DNA from: the human T2T-CHM13v2.0 reference genome, Homo sapiens
Direction: 5' to 3' (one strand)
Assembly (NCBI RefSeq): GCF_009914755.1
Contig: NC_060934.1
Length of the DNA stretch: 64,000 nucleotides
Shown here piece by piece: positions 12,865 through 24,772 of this stretch. The notes beneath the pieces were generated by a model. The model saw only the letters and a program-made list of their open reading frames with translations. It was not told the origin of the DNA and made no database searches. Position 1 is the stretch's first letter. Each line of letters begins with the position of its first letter. The position numbers were made by a program, and so were the translations under genes.

Positions 12865-13190
12865 GGAGTCAGCCTCAAATTATTAACCAGGCATTAGGGG
12901 ATGGGGTCAGCCTCGAGTTACTAACCGGGCATTAGGGGATGGGGTCAGCCTCGAGTTACTAACCGGGCATTAGGGGATGGGGTCAGCCTCGAGTTACTAA
13001 CCGGGCATTAGGGGATGGGGTCAGCCTCGAGTTACTAACCGGGCATTAGGGGATGGGGTCAGCCTCGAGTTACTAACCGGGCATTAGGGGATGGGGTCAG
13101 CCTCGAGTTACTAACCGGGCATTAGGGGATGGGGTCAGGCTCGAGTTACTAACCAGGCAGTAGAAGATGGGGTCAGTCTTGAGTTATTAG
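12865..13190. repeat. 38-bp minisatellite, about 8.5 copies (GGGGTCAGCCTCGAGTTACTAACCGGGCATTAGGGGAT)
   Basis: Unit starts at 12865, 12903, 12941 ... 13169. Central copies are identical and the edges are diverged. Confidence 0.95.
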
Positions 13191-15084
13191 TATTTATCGG
13201 GGAGAGCAGAGAGAGCTTAGGAGACCACATTGCCACTGTTTAGGGTCAGAGTGGTCCCGCAGGTTAATTCACTTCACCCAGCCTCTCAGGGATGTAATGA
13301 GGCTGCTCGGGGGGCTGTCTCAGGCCTCTGGCCAGTAGTCCCTGTCCTCTCCAGCGACCGCTCTCTCCTGGGTGTCAGTGGTTTTTGGGAGTCCAGGTGC
13401 AGGTCTCAGCAGCAACTCTGAGGTTCTGCATAGCTAGTGCCACCTGTGACACTGCTGTCACTCCAAGGTGCACCTCACCACACCTGGAGCAGCGCCCGTG
13501 AGAGGAGGGAAGCGACACCCTTGGGCTGAGCTTTTCCGTGAACCGGCAGCTGTGTCCCTTGACGTGCTGAGAGGGCCTGGCTGTGAGCCGCATGGTACGA
13601 ACCTTCTGAATGCAAGTGGCCAAGCCGGCATTCTGGCTGGGCTCGCTGGCCACAGGACGTCCACTGTAGGACAGCTGGGAGTGGGGGTGTCTGGCTATTT
13701 CACTATTAAAACAAGTGGAAACACTAGTTTGGTCCCGCCTGACCTCATGGAAGACGGTGGAGGTGGCAGCCGCCAGAGTGTGAGGGGCCATGGTCGCTGA
13801 CCTCGCCTCCTGTTGTCTTAGATCCTTGGCACTGCAGGGGCGGTTCTGCCAGACATAGCTGTTGTCTCTTTGGCCACCAACTGGCCCCTATGGCGTTTGG
13901 CCTTCAGGGTGGTCATTGGGTGCGTGGCTCTCTAGGGTGGACCTGGCCATCCTTGGGTGACAGTGGGCCATGTGGTGGGGACTCTGCAGGCCACCTGGAA
14001 AGGGGTCCACCTGAAAGGGGCTGCACTGTGGTCCATTTGGGCCAGTGGCTTCAGTAGCCACACGCTGCTTGGTCCAGGTTCCTGCCTGAGCCCACTGAGC
14101 AGATGATGGGGATGAGGCCCAGAGTGCGAGCCTGGTGGGCAGCTGTGGAGCCTTATCCCTGAGCACCCTCCCTTGCCTACCTTTCAGGCTTCTGAGCGGC
14201 TGTCAGTTGCCACCTGCTGGCACTGTGAATGTTAGACTGCAGAGCTGAGTGGGGAGCCCCTTCCTGTGGTCCCTGGCACTCTGACCACATGGATGAGCCT
14301 GCGAGTGTGAAGCTGAGAACTGGGTTGACTGCCTGCTGCTTTGTTTCTTGCAAAGAGTGCCTTAGTTAGGGGACAGGCCAGCCCACCGTCATCTGCCTGC
14401 AGCGTCCCTCCAGGTGGTCGGGGGACACCGGGCTTCTGGGTCAGCAAGTGTTTGCCATACGCCTGGGTGCAAAGTGGACCAGCCACTGTGGGTCATGTGG
14501 GGGGATTTGGGTGGGACTCTCAGAGGAGCTGGTTCTCTTGAGAAAGACATCTGTCCAAGTAGCACACAGACTTGTGGGGACATATGACTTGCTTTAATTT
14601 TCTCCATCACCGTTACGGTTTTTCAGAGCTGTTGCAACTTCCTGTTTGCTGTAACGGCTGTGCCTCCCTCGCTGCTGCAGTGGGCAGTGTGTGCGTCGTA
14701 CACAGGTGGAAGGTGGAGGCCTGGGCCCAGGCTGGAGGGACGTGGGGTGGGAATGGGCCTGACCAGCTAGGGAACAGAGGCAGGACCCAGGGGGACAGAG
14801 GCAGGACTGACCAAGACTGTCAGAAGAGCCAGCCGGGGTCTTCTCTGAATAGTCGGCTGCACGATTAAACTGGGTTCTGCTCGGGGAGTCCCTGGGGTTT
14901 GGAGCTCTGCCTGCCTTGCGGCCCAACCTGGCAGTACCCCCCACACAGGGGTCCAGGTGTCCTCTGATTCTGCTGTGCTGAGTCTGTTGGTGGAGCAGGA
15001 GGCCCAAGGACCAGGAGAGCTTCTGTGTGAGGCTGTGTCCTCCTGCATCCTTGTCTCCCATTCACTCGGGAGCATTTATGGGCG

Positions 15085-17165
15085 CATTCTCAGAGCCTTG
15101 GTGAAGTTGGAGTGGGATAGGGAGGGAGGATTGGTGGCGCCTTCTCAGAGCCTTGGTGGCATATTGAGTGGGATAGGGAGGGAGGATTGGTGAATGCCTT
15201 CTCAGAGCCTTGGTGGCATATTGAGTGGGATAGGGAGGGAGGATTGGTGAATGCCTCCTCAGAGCCTTGGTGGCATATTGAGTGGGATAGGGAGGGAGGA
15301 TTGGTGAACGCCTTCTCAGAGCCTTGGTGGCATATTGAGTGGGATAGGGAGGGAGGACTGGTGAACACCTCCTCAGAGCCTTGGTGGCATATTGAGTGGG
15401 ATAGGGAGGGAGGATTGGTGAACGCCTTCTCAGAGCCTTGGTGGCATATTGAGTAGGATAGGGAGGGAGGATTGGTGAATGCCTTCTCAGAGCCTTGGTG
15501 GCATATTGAGTGGGATAGGGAGGGAGGATTGGTGAACGCCTTCTCAGAGCCTTGGTGGAATATTGAGTAGGATAGGGAGGGAGGATTGGTGAATGCCTTC
15601 TCAGAGCCTTGGTGGCATATTGAGTGGGATAGGAAGGGAGGATTGGTGAACACCTTCTCAGAGCCTTGGTGGAATATTGAGTAGGATAGGGAGGGAGGAT
15701 TGGTGAACGCCTTCTCAGAGCCTTGGTGGCATATTGGGTAGGATAGGGAGGGAGGATTGGTGAACGCCTTCTCAGAGCCTTGGGGGAATATTGGGTAGGA
15801 TAGGGAGGGAGGACTGGTGAACGCCTTCTCAGAGCCTTGGTGGCATATTGAGTAGGACAGGGAGGGAGGACTGGTGAACGCCTTCTCAGAGCCTTGGTGG
15901 CATATTGGGTAGGATAGGGAGGGAGGATTGGTGAACGCCTTCTCAGAGCCTTGGTGGAATATTGGGTAGGATAGGGAGGGAGGATTGGTGAACGCCTTCT
16001 CAGAGCCTTGGTGTGGAATATTGGGTAGGATAGGGAGGGAGGATTGGTGAACGCCTTCTCAGAGCCTTGGTGGAATATTGAGTAGGACAGGGAGGGAGGA
16101 CTGGTGAACGCCTTCTCAGAGCCTTGGTGGAATATTGGGTAGGATAGGGAGGGAGGATTGGTGAACGCCTTCTCAGAGCCTTGGTGGCATATTGGGTAGG
16201 ATAGGGAGGGAGGATTGGTGAACGCCTTCTCAGAGCCTTGGTGGAATATTGGGTAGGATAGGGAGGGAGGATTGGTGAACGCCTTCTCAGAGCCTTGGTG
16301 GAATATTGGGTAGGATAGGGAGGGAGGATTGGTGAACGCCTTCTCAGAGCCTTGGTGGCATATTGAGTGGGATAGGGAGGGAGGACTGGTGAACGCCTTC
16401 TCAGAGCCTTGGTGGAATATTGAGTAGGATAGGGAGGGAGGACTGGTGAACGCCTTCTCAGAGCCTTGGTGGAATATTGAGTAGGATAGGGAGGGAGGAC
16501 TGGTGAACACCTTCTCAGAGCCTTGGTGTGGAATATTGAGTGGGATAGGGAGGGAGGATTGGTGAACGCCTTCTCAGAGCCTTGATGTGGAATATTGAGT
16601 GGGATAGGGAGGGAGGATTGGTGAATGCCTTCTCAGAGCCTTGGTGTGGAATATTGAGTAGGATAGGGAGGGAGGATTGGTGAATGCCTTCTCAGAGCCT
16701 TGGTGTGGAATATTGAGTGGGATAGGGAGGGAGGATTGGTGAACGCCTTCTCAGAGCCTTGGTGTGGAATATTGAGTAGGATAGGGAGGGAGGATTGGTG
16801 AACGCCTTCTCAGAGCCTTGGTGGAATATTGGGTAGGATAGGGAGGGAGGATTGGTGAATGCCTTCTCAGAGCCTTGGTGGCATATTGGGTAGGATAGGG
16901 AGGGAGGATTGGTGAACGCCTTCTCAGAGCCTTGGTGGAATATTGGGTAGGATAGGGAGGGAGGATTGGTGAACACCTTCTCAGAGCCTTGGTGGAATAT
17001 TGAGTGGGATAGGGAGAGAGGATTGGTGAACGCCTTCTCAGAGCCTTGGTGGCATATTGAGTAGGACAGGGAGGGAGGACTGGTGAACACCTTCTCAGAG
17101 CCTTGGTGGAATATTGAGTGGGATAGGGAGGGAGGATTCGAGGGCGCCTCCTCAGAGCCTTGGTT
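15085..17165. repeat. 57-bp VNTR, about 36 copies, with six 59-bp variant units
   Basis: Unit CCTTCTCAGAGCCTTGGTGGCATATTGAGTGGGATAGGGAGGGAGGATTGGTGAACG. Confidence 0.97.
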
Positions 17166-17529
17166 AAATATTTATTCAGATAGGAAGTATTTGGAATATC
17201 TGTTGTCACTTTCAGGGCCTCACTAGCCTGTTGTGCTCACAGGGCAAAGGGGTAGTGTACTGTGCTGCCTGGCTCCACGGCTGTGGTCACCGGCTTCCCT
17301 GGCTTCTGAGCTCCAGCAGGAGATGAGGGATTTGTCCAGTGGCTGGAGGGTGGCTTAGGGCACGCAGAGTCCACAGTGCAGGTGGACACCGCAGAGGGTC
17401 TCCTGGGCAAGTGGCGGGGCTGGGTTCTGAGGGCTTCAGAGGATCAGAGCCAACTGGAGAATAAGGAAGGGGCAGCTGTTCAGGCTACTGAGAGGCGGGA
17501 AATAGGTGCTGAGCCTGCCTGGGAAGCTG

Positions 17530-18200
17530 CGTGGTTGGTGCGGTTGATGTGGGTGGCATGGGTGTTGTGGGTTGTGGTTGGCGTGGTTGGTGTGGGTGGC
17601 ATGGGTAGCATGGTCCATGTGGGTGGCATGATTAGCACTGATGTGGGTAGCGTGGTTGGTCCATGTGGGTAGTATAGGTGGCGTGGTATTGTGTGTGGCA
17701 TGATTGCTGTGGTTGGTGTGATCAATGTGGGTGGCGTGGTATTGTGTGTGGCATGATTGGTGTGGGTGGCGTCGTTGGCACTGATGTGGGTAGCGTGGTT
17801 GGTCCCTGTGGGTAGTATGGGTGGCGTGGTATTGTGTGTGGCATGATCGGTGTGGGTGGTGTGATCAATGTGGGTGGTGTGGTTGGCATTGATGTGGGTA
17901 GCATGGGTGGTATGGGTGGCATGGTGTGGGTGGCATGGTTGGTGTGGGTGGCATGGGTAGCATGGTCCATGTGGGTGGCATGATTGGCACTGATGTGGGT
18001 AGCGTGGTTGGTCCCTGTGGGTAGTATGGGTGGCATGGTATTGTGTGTGGCATGATTGGTATGGGTGGCGTGGTTGGCATTGATGTGGGTAGCATGGGCA
18101 GTGTGGGTGGCATGGCTGCTGTGGGTGACATAGGTGGTGTGGCTGGCGTGGTTAGTGGGTGGCATAGATGGCATGGTGGGGTGGGGGGGTGTGGATGGCA
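17530..18200. repeat. GT-rich (GTGGGTGGCAT)-type low-complexity tract with internal duplications
   Basis: Read directly. Blocks such as gcactgatgtgggtagcgtggttggtcc recur three times. Confidence 0.9.
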
Positions 18201-19464
18201 AGCGGCAGGACCAGGTGCTGCAGGCTGGGTGGTGATATGTGATGGTGCTCAGGCCCCTGTTCCTTCACCGTGCTGGGGAAGGGCGCTCCTGATCCCTCTG
18301 TGAGACCAGTGAGAAGATGTCGTAGGAGAGGCTGTTGTCCCCTGAGTACGTTCACCCCATTTTACAGGCGCTGGCCCAGTGGAGCTGCTGGGGCCTATCT
18401 GTTTTTTTGAACTTCTGATAAGTTGCCTGGCCGGAAGGGGAAGAAGGGGGGCTTGGGCTGGGGCGTGGCCACGCTGGGAGGATGAGGAGCTTGAAGTGAC
18501 TCAGGGGACCTGGCGCCGTTGGTGTGTGCTCACAAAGTGCACGGGGTGACCAGGAGCCTCTGGACAGTGGGGCCGTCCTGACTCGCCTCCTGAGAGCCGT
18601 GGGTCACAAACTCAAATGCACACACTTGGGGCTTCTATCCTATCAGGGAGAGAGTTCAAGTGTATCCTAGCGTCTTGGAGAAAAATGGTCTATGAACTTT
18701 GATAACCTTGACAATTTTAGTTTAGTTTTCGTGCAGAGTGACCCAGACAGGCACAACACTGACACACCTTGTCACACTCTGCAGGGTGTTTTGTTGCCCT
18801 CAGCACGTGTGGTCTGCACAGACAGACCAGGGGGTGACTTCAGCGTTTTATGGCAGCTGCTGCATTAGGAATCTGCGTCACAGATGAAAAACACGCGTTT
18901 CCCCTTTTCGTAAGAGGATGAACAGCCTCTCACCTGCTGGAATTCACCTTGGCTCAGCGCTTGGTGCTTTTGATGGAGAAAATTCAGTTCCAGACTTGGG
19001 TGGAACCTGAGTTGGGGTCTGCCGTGCCCTGGTGTCTCGGGGGGCTGCCCGGCCCCTGAAGTGGAGGAGCCGCCTTCACCCAGGCATCTGTCCCAGCCTG
19101 TGGGCTCCCTTCCTTGTGCAGATGCCTGGCCCGGCCCCCGTGCTGAAGTTGCCAGATGTATAGGTCCTCCTTGATGGCACGCTCCGGGGGCTGTCACTAT
19201 GCCACCTGTGTCCTCCTGTGGCTTTGTCCTGCAGGCATTGTGAGGTCATGCAGCATTTTAACTGCTGTGAAATTTGCTCCACCGAGTGAACACACCAGAA
19301 TGCATCCACAGACCCACAGTGGACACTGAGGCTGTTTCCTGTTCGGCTGTCACATGGGCTGATGCGGCGAGCCCTCTCCGTGCACCTCCACGGGGACCAG
19401 GGCCAGAATATCTGGGCACCTGTTGGGGCTGGTGGAAGCTGCTCTCCAGTGTGCCAAGTTTCTG

Positions 19465-19637
19465 TACACACATGCACATCACACACTTGCACACCACAGG
19501 CACACACATGCATGTACAAGCATGCACTACACAGGTGCATATGTACACACCATACACATGCACAACATACATATACATACATGCATACCACATAGGCACA
19601 CACATGTGCATCACACACATGCTCATCACACACTCCC
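19465..19637. repeat. (CA)/(CATA)-rich low-complexity tract
   Basis: Read directly from the sequence. Confidence 0.85.
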
Positions 19638-22617
19638 ACCAGGCCGTCGGAGAGTCCCTGATATTCCACATCCTTGACAACTTTTGTTGTGGTCAGGCTT
19701 TAAAATGTGACCTATTAGATGTGTAAAATGGCATCTGTTATAATTTAATTTGCATTGCCTTGGTTACTTGTATTATCATTTTGGGGATTTTTTTTTTTTG
19801 TTTTCTATGATTTTGATTTTAGAACTTTGGAGCCCTTGCAGATCTTGTATTTAGGTTGCTGATAAGTTATTTGATGAGGCAGTGACTGTAGGGTTTGTGG
19901 AATAGACACTTCTGTCATTGTGCTCCCTGATGCTGAGTGACTTAGGCTTGTGACTTCTCAGGACGGTGTTTACTGATGGGTGTAGAGAGGTCACTTTCTG
20001 TGGCACTCTTGGCTGAAAGTTTTCTTCCTGAGTCTCATTGTACGCACATGTTGTGGCCTTTGTGTGTGTGTTTCTTTTGTATGCTGTGACACCGGTTTGG
20101 TAGGTCTGAGTGGAGATTTGGTCAGTTCCGCCTAAAGGCCGACGGGCCCGGCTTTCTGGGGAGAAGGTTTTCCCTTGCAGAGGGGTATCCTTTGGTGTCT
20201 GTTGCCGCTGTGACCGACTGTCTCACATGAGGGATGGAGTCCAGGCTGAGGCACCCTCGCCCGGGGCCACTGTGACTCCCATGGAGCCTGGGATTTGTTC
20301 CGGTTAGGCCACGGGTCACAGTGCTCAGTGCCGGGCAGATGTGGGCTCCTGCAGCAGTGCCCTCCTGCAGCACGCGGGCACCTGGCCTGTGCCACACCTG
20401 CGCAGTGTCACCGTGCTGCAGAGGAGCCCCCATGCAGAGTCACGAGGGGGGTTTCCCCAACTGCTTAATGCCAACAAGAGACCTGCGTAGAAATCAGAAG
20501 AAAATGGCCGCTCTCAGCTGCTGGTTCAGCTGCTCATTTTTGTGTAGGGCCGAGTCAATTTTTTCTTCTTGCCTCTTTTCTGAGTTGATGTTGATGCCAG
20601 CAAGTGCAGAGGGTCATTGAGTGCTGGTTTGAACCTGGTGCCTATGGAATTGATGTCTGTCAGACTTAGGGTGTAACCACAGGTTGTGAGGTCATTTTGA
20701 GGGGTCAGACCATATTTGGGTTAAAAGGGGCCCGAGTGTCTCGGGCTGCAGGGAGGTGAGTCCTGGAGGTACTTACCATAGTTTTCTGTTGAATGCCTCT
20801 GGGCCTGGGCGGGGAGGGCCATAGCCTAAAGTGTGCATCTTACCCTGGGTCTCTGTTCAGAGTGTGGCAGCCACGGCTTATGGCGGGAGTGACGCCAGGC
20901 TGGACAGAGCCAGGTGAGGCCCTGTGCTCCCTCAGTCTGTCCCGCGTGCCCGCCTCCTGCTGCGAGAATTCTAGTCCCTGTCTTCCCAGTGGACCTGGGG
21001 GCTGGACTGTGGTCATTTTCACTGTTGAAAGTGAGAAGATTCTCACCCATGAAAAATTAAATTGCTGTAGAACCTAAACATGGCCACCGTGTCTTCTTAA
21101 CTGGTAGTAAAAGCCACCTGGCTGTCCAGGTGGAGGCTCCGCAGGGCAGGTCAGAGTACCTGGAGGTGTCAGCAGGGAAGGGGCGCTCTGTGTCCTGATA
21201 GCCTTCCCGCCAGCTGCGCATGTGATGGGGTGTGCCAAGGGCCACGCAGAGCCGCGACTTCCCCAAGCTGCTCCGGGTGTCCCCGGCCCACGCGCTGAGC
21301 ACGCTCTGGGGCTCTCCCCCCCAGCCCACGCTCTCCTGAGAGGCCACTCGCTCCGGGGCTAATCATGGTTAATCCCACATGATCCTCGCCTGACATCCAG
21401 TCCCCCTCCTCAGGCCCTGACAGCTGCATGGTGTGTTGGTATTTCTGCCTCCTGAAGCCATGTCCACGTCGGCTCCTGTGCAGTAGAGACCGGAGTCTCC
21501 ATCAGGCTCCCTCTGGGGGCGGGTGGTCCATATGCATGGGGTCCACTTGTCCCTCATGTCCAGTCTCCTGTGGCTGGAAGAGCTCCAGGTGTGGAGAGAG
21601 GCCAGCTGCAGCTGCCGATGAGGAGCGCTGTTGGAGGAGCCCTTCCTCCTTCTCCCTGGAGCTGGGGGACGCTCCAGGTAGGGAGGCGGTAGCCTTGGCA
21701 GCATTGGGCTCAGTGCTAGCCTAGCCTCGCTGCCATCGCATGCAGTTGACCAGCTTCTTGACATCCTTTGCCTAAACTCCTCAGGGTCAGCGTGGGACCA
21801 GGATATTCCATGTGGCTTTTGAAGCCGGCAGTCGCCTTGCAGTGGTGATTCCCAGGTGGAACCCTCAGGCAGCTGTGCGCTGCAGCCTCCGGGGCCATGG
21901 GTGTGTGGCTCTGGGAGCTGCCGTTCCCTCCACACCCCTTAGGGAAGTCCTCTGCTCACGGTGCCCACCCTGGTCGAGCCCAGCCAGCTGGAGCCTTCCT
22001 CCCAGACCCATCGGCCTCCTCGGGACAGTCCAGCCCCGTCCTCTGGCCCATGCCCTCTCTGTCCCCGCCTCCTGCCCAGCCAGCTTCCTGAGGGTCCCTG
22101 AGCTTGCCCGGCTGGCCACTCACTGCCTCATGGTCCTTGATCACACACAGACGTGGTGGTGTGCTCGCCTCTGGAGGAAGGCTGCCCGCCGCTCGGGGCC
22201 GTCGGTGGCTTCGGAGCTGTGGCAGCTCTCTTAGGGCCAGCTCCATCCCCTCTCCCCGGCCCTGCTGAGTGAAGCGCACACGTGGTAAATCTGCCCCATC
22301 AGTGGGGGGTTAGTCCTGTCATTTGGGGAAGCCTGTGTTGGCTGCATTTATTGTTGTCGATACTACTTTTAATTAGGACAAAATTCAGGCACCATAAAAC
22401 CTACAGTTCAGTGTTTTAGCGTGTTCACAAGGTCGTGTGACCTTCGCCCCTGATTTCAGAATGTTTTTATCACCTCTGAAAGAAACCCAGTACCCATTTG
22501 ATGACACCCTCCTTTCCCCCCTTCCGCCAACCACGAAGCCACTTCTGTCTCTGTGGATTGACCTGGATGTTTCATGCAAATGGAATCAAACAGCGTGTGG
22601 CCTTCGCATCGTACTTC

Positions 22618-22823
22618 ACGTGCTCAGCACGTGTGTTCCAGGGACCTCACTTACTCAGCACGTGTGTTCCAGGGACCTCAGTTACTCAGCACGTGTGTTC
22701 CAGGGACCTCAGTTACTCAGCACGTGTGTTCCAGGGACTCCATTTACTCAGCACGTGTGTTCCAGGGACCTCAGTTACTTAGCATGTGTGTTCCAGGGAC
22801 TCCACTTACTCAGCACGTGTGTT
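22618..22823. repeat. 31-bp minisatellite, about 6.5 copies (TTACTCAGCACGTGTGTTCCAGGGACCTCAG)
   Basis: Unit core at 22623, 22654, 22685, 22716, 22747, 22778 and 22809. Confidence 0.95.
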
Positions 22824-22930
22824 CTGGGCTCACCTGTGCTTCTTCCTTATGACTGAATGCTGTTTATTGTGCGGAGATCACATTTCATGTATCTGTTCAT
22901 CAGTGGATGGACATGAGTGTCCATGTGCAA

Positions 22931-23322
22931 GTTGCTGTGTGAACCTGTGTCTCCAGCTCTCTCGGGTGTAGACCTGCTTGTGGGGTTGCTGTGTGAACAT
23001 GTGTCTCCAGCTCTCTTGGGTGTAGACCTGCTTGTGGAGTTGCTGTGTGAACATGTGTCTCCAGCTCTTTCGGGTGTAGACCTGCTTGTGGAATTGCTGG
23101 GTCACGATGTGTCTTCAGCTCTCTTGGGTGTAGACCTGCTTGTGGAGTTGCTGTGTGAACATGTGTCTCCAGCTCTCTTGGGTGTAGACCTGCTTGTGGA
23201 GTTGCTGTGTGAACCTGTGTCTGCAGCTGTCTCGGGTGTAGACCTGCTTGTGGAATTGCTGGGTCACGATGTGTCTTCAGCTCTCTTGGGTGTAGACCTG
23301 CTTGTGGAGTTGCTGGGTCACG
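22931..23322. repeat. 54-bp minisatellite, about 7 copies, two unit types
   Basis: Units at 22931, 22985, 23039, 23093, 23147, 23201 and 23255, in the order A-A-A-B-A-A-B. Confidence 0.95.
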
Positions 23323-23611
23323 TGATAATTCTGACTTTTTAAGGAACTGCCAGACTCTTTCCACAGCAGCTGCAGCATTTTTCGTTCTTGTGAGCAGTGT
23401 CTGAGGGCTGCAGACTTCCAACATCACAGAACAGTACTCGTGATTGTCCATCTTTTTTACTGTAACCGTCCTGGTGGGTGTGCAGTGGTATCTCCTGGTG
23501 GCTTTGAATTGCATTTCCCTGATGAGTAATCATGTTGAGTGTCTTTCGTGTGCTTACTGGGTATTTGTAGATCTGCTTTGAAGCAACGCTTATTCAAATC
23601 CATGGCACATT

Positions 23612-23919
23612 TTAATTTTTTTTTTTAAGAGACAGATTCTCGCTCTGTTGCTCAGGCCGGAGGGCAGTGGTGCGATGATAGCTCACTGCAGCCTCCTCTT
23701 GGGCTCAAGGTATCCTCCCACCTCCCAAGCAGCAGTGTCTCACGTAGCTGGGACTACAGGTGTGTGTCAGCATGCTTGGCTAATTTTAAAAAGTTTTAGT
23801 TTGTAAATACAGGGTCTTGCTATGCTGTAGTCTGGTATCAAACTGTAGGCCTCAAGCAGTCCTCCTGCCTTGGCCTCCCAAAATGCTGGGATTATAGGTG
23901 TGAACCACCATGCCCAGGC
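23612..23919 (-). mobile_element. Alu (AluJ-like)
   Basis: Full antisense Alu text. Confidence 0.9.
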
Positions 23920-24063
23920 TTTTTTTTTTTTTAATTGTTGAGTTTTAAGAGATCTTTACATATTCTGGATGCTAGACCCTTATTAGATAGATATGTAATT
24001 TACAAATGTTTTCTCTTGTTCTGTGTGTTGTCTTCGCTTTTTTGATAGTGTCGTTTGAAGCAC

Positions 24064-24250
24064 TTTTTTTTTTTTTTTTTTGAGACAGGGTCTTCCCCTG
24101 TTGCCCAGGCTGGAGTTCATGGAGTTCAGTGGTGTGATCGTGGTTCATTGCAACCTCGACCTCCTGGGCTCCAGTGATCCTCCCACCCCAGCCTCTGGAA
24201 TAGCAGGGACTACAGACTTGTATCACCACACCTGGCTAGTTTTTTTAAGT
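24064..24250 (-). mobile_element. Alu right-arm/monomer fragment
   Basis: Poly-T followed by gagacagggtct...ccacacctggcta. Confidence 0.85.
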
Positions 24251-24730
24251 TTTGTGCTTCAGCTATCATAACCAGAAGCCATTTCCTAATCAAGGTCACA
24301 AAAATTTACCCTTATTTTTTCTTTTTAGATTTTTATAGTTTTAGCTCTTACATGTAGGTCTTTGAAATATTTTGAGTTAATTTTTGTATCTGGTGTGAGG
24401 TAGGGGTCTTCATTCTTTTGCATATCCATATCTGGTTGTCTCGGTACCATTTTTGAAAAGACTATTCTTCCTCATTGAATTGTCTTGGCATCCTTGTTGG
24501 AAGTTAATTGACCATGAATATATAGATTTATTTTTGGACTCTTGATTCTGTTTCATTATCTATGTGTCTGTCCTTATGCCAGTACCACAGACCTGATCAT
24601 TGTAGCATTGAGGTAGGTTTTGAAATCAGAAAGTGAGAGTTCCAACTTTGTTGTCTTTTATTCAAGATTGTTTTGACTATTCTGGTGTCCTTCCATTTCT
24701 GTTTTGATTTTAGGATTAGTTTGTCAATTT

Positions 24731-24731
<1 letters not shown>

Positions 24732-24771
<40 letters not shown>
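24732..24771. repeat. (CA)20 microsatellite
   Basis: Perfect CA run, followed by three copies of ACCCTG(C/G)TGGAAT with short CA spacers to about 24838. Confidence 0.95.

Positions 24772-24772
<1 letters not shown>

Noticed and set aside
12865-13190. CRISPR-like appearance of the 38-, 37- and 31-bp repeats
   Set aside because: Head-to-tail units with no unique spacers and no cas genes, in mammalian DNA.
15062-16510. 482-aa minus-strand ORF of 19-aa repeats
   Set aside because: Follows from a 57-bp (multiple of 3) VNTR that is stop-free in two frames. The peptide switches frame at a 59-bp unit, and there is no true ATG, promoter or domain.
15085-17165. Possible L1 RT origin of the 57-bp unit (LPILLNI versus LSPLLFNI)
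   Set aside because: The similarity is too short to support without an alignment, and there is no flanking L1 context.
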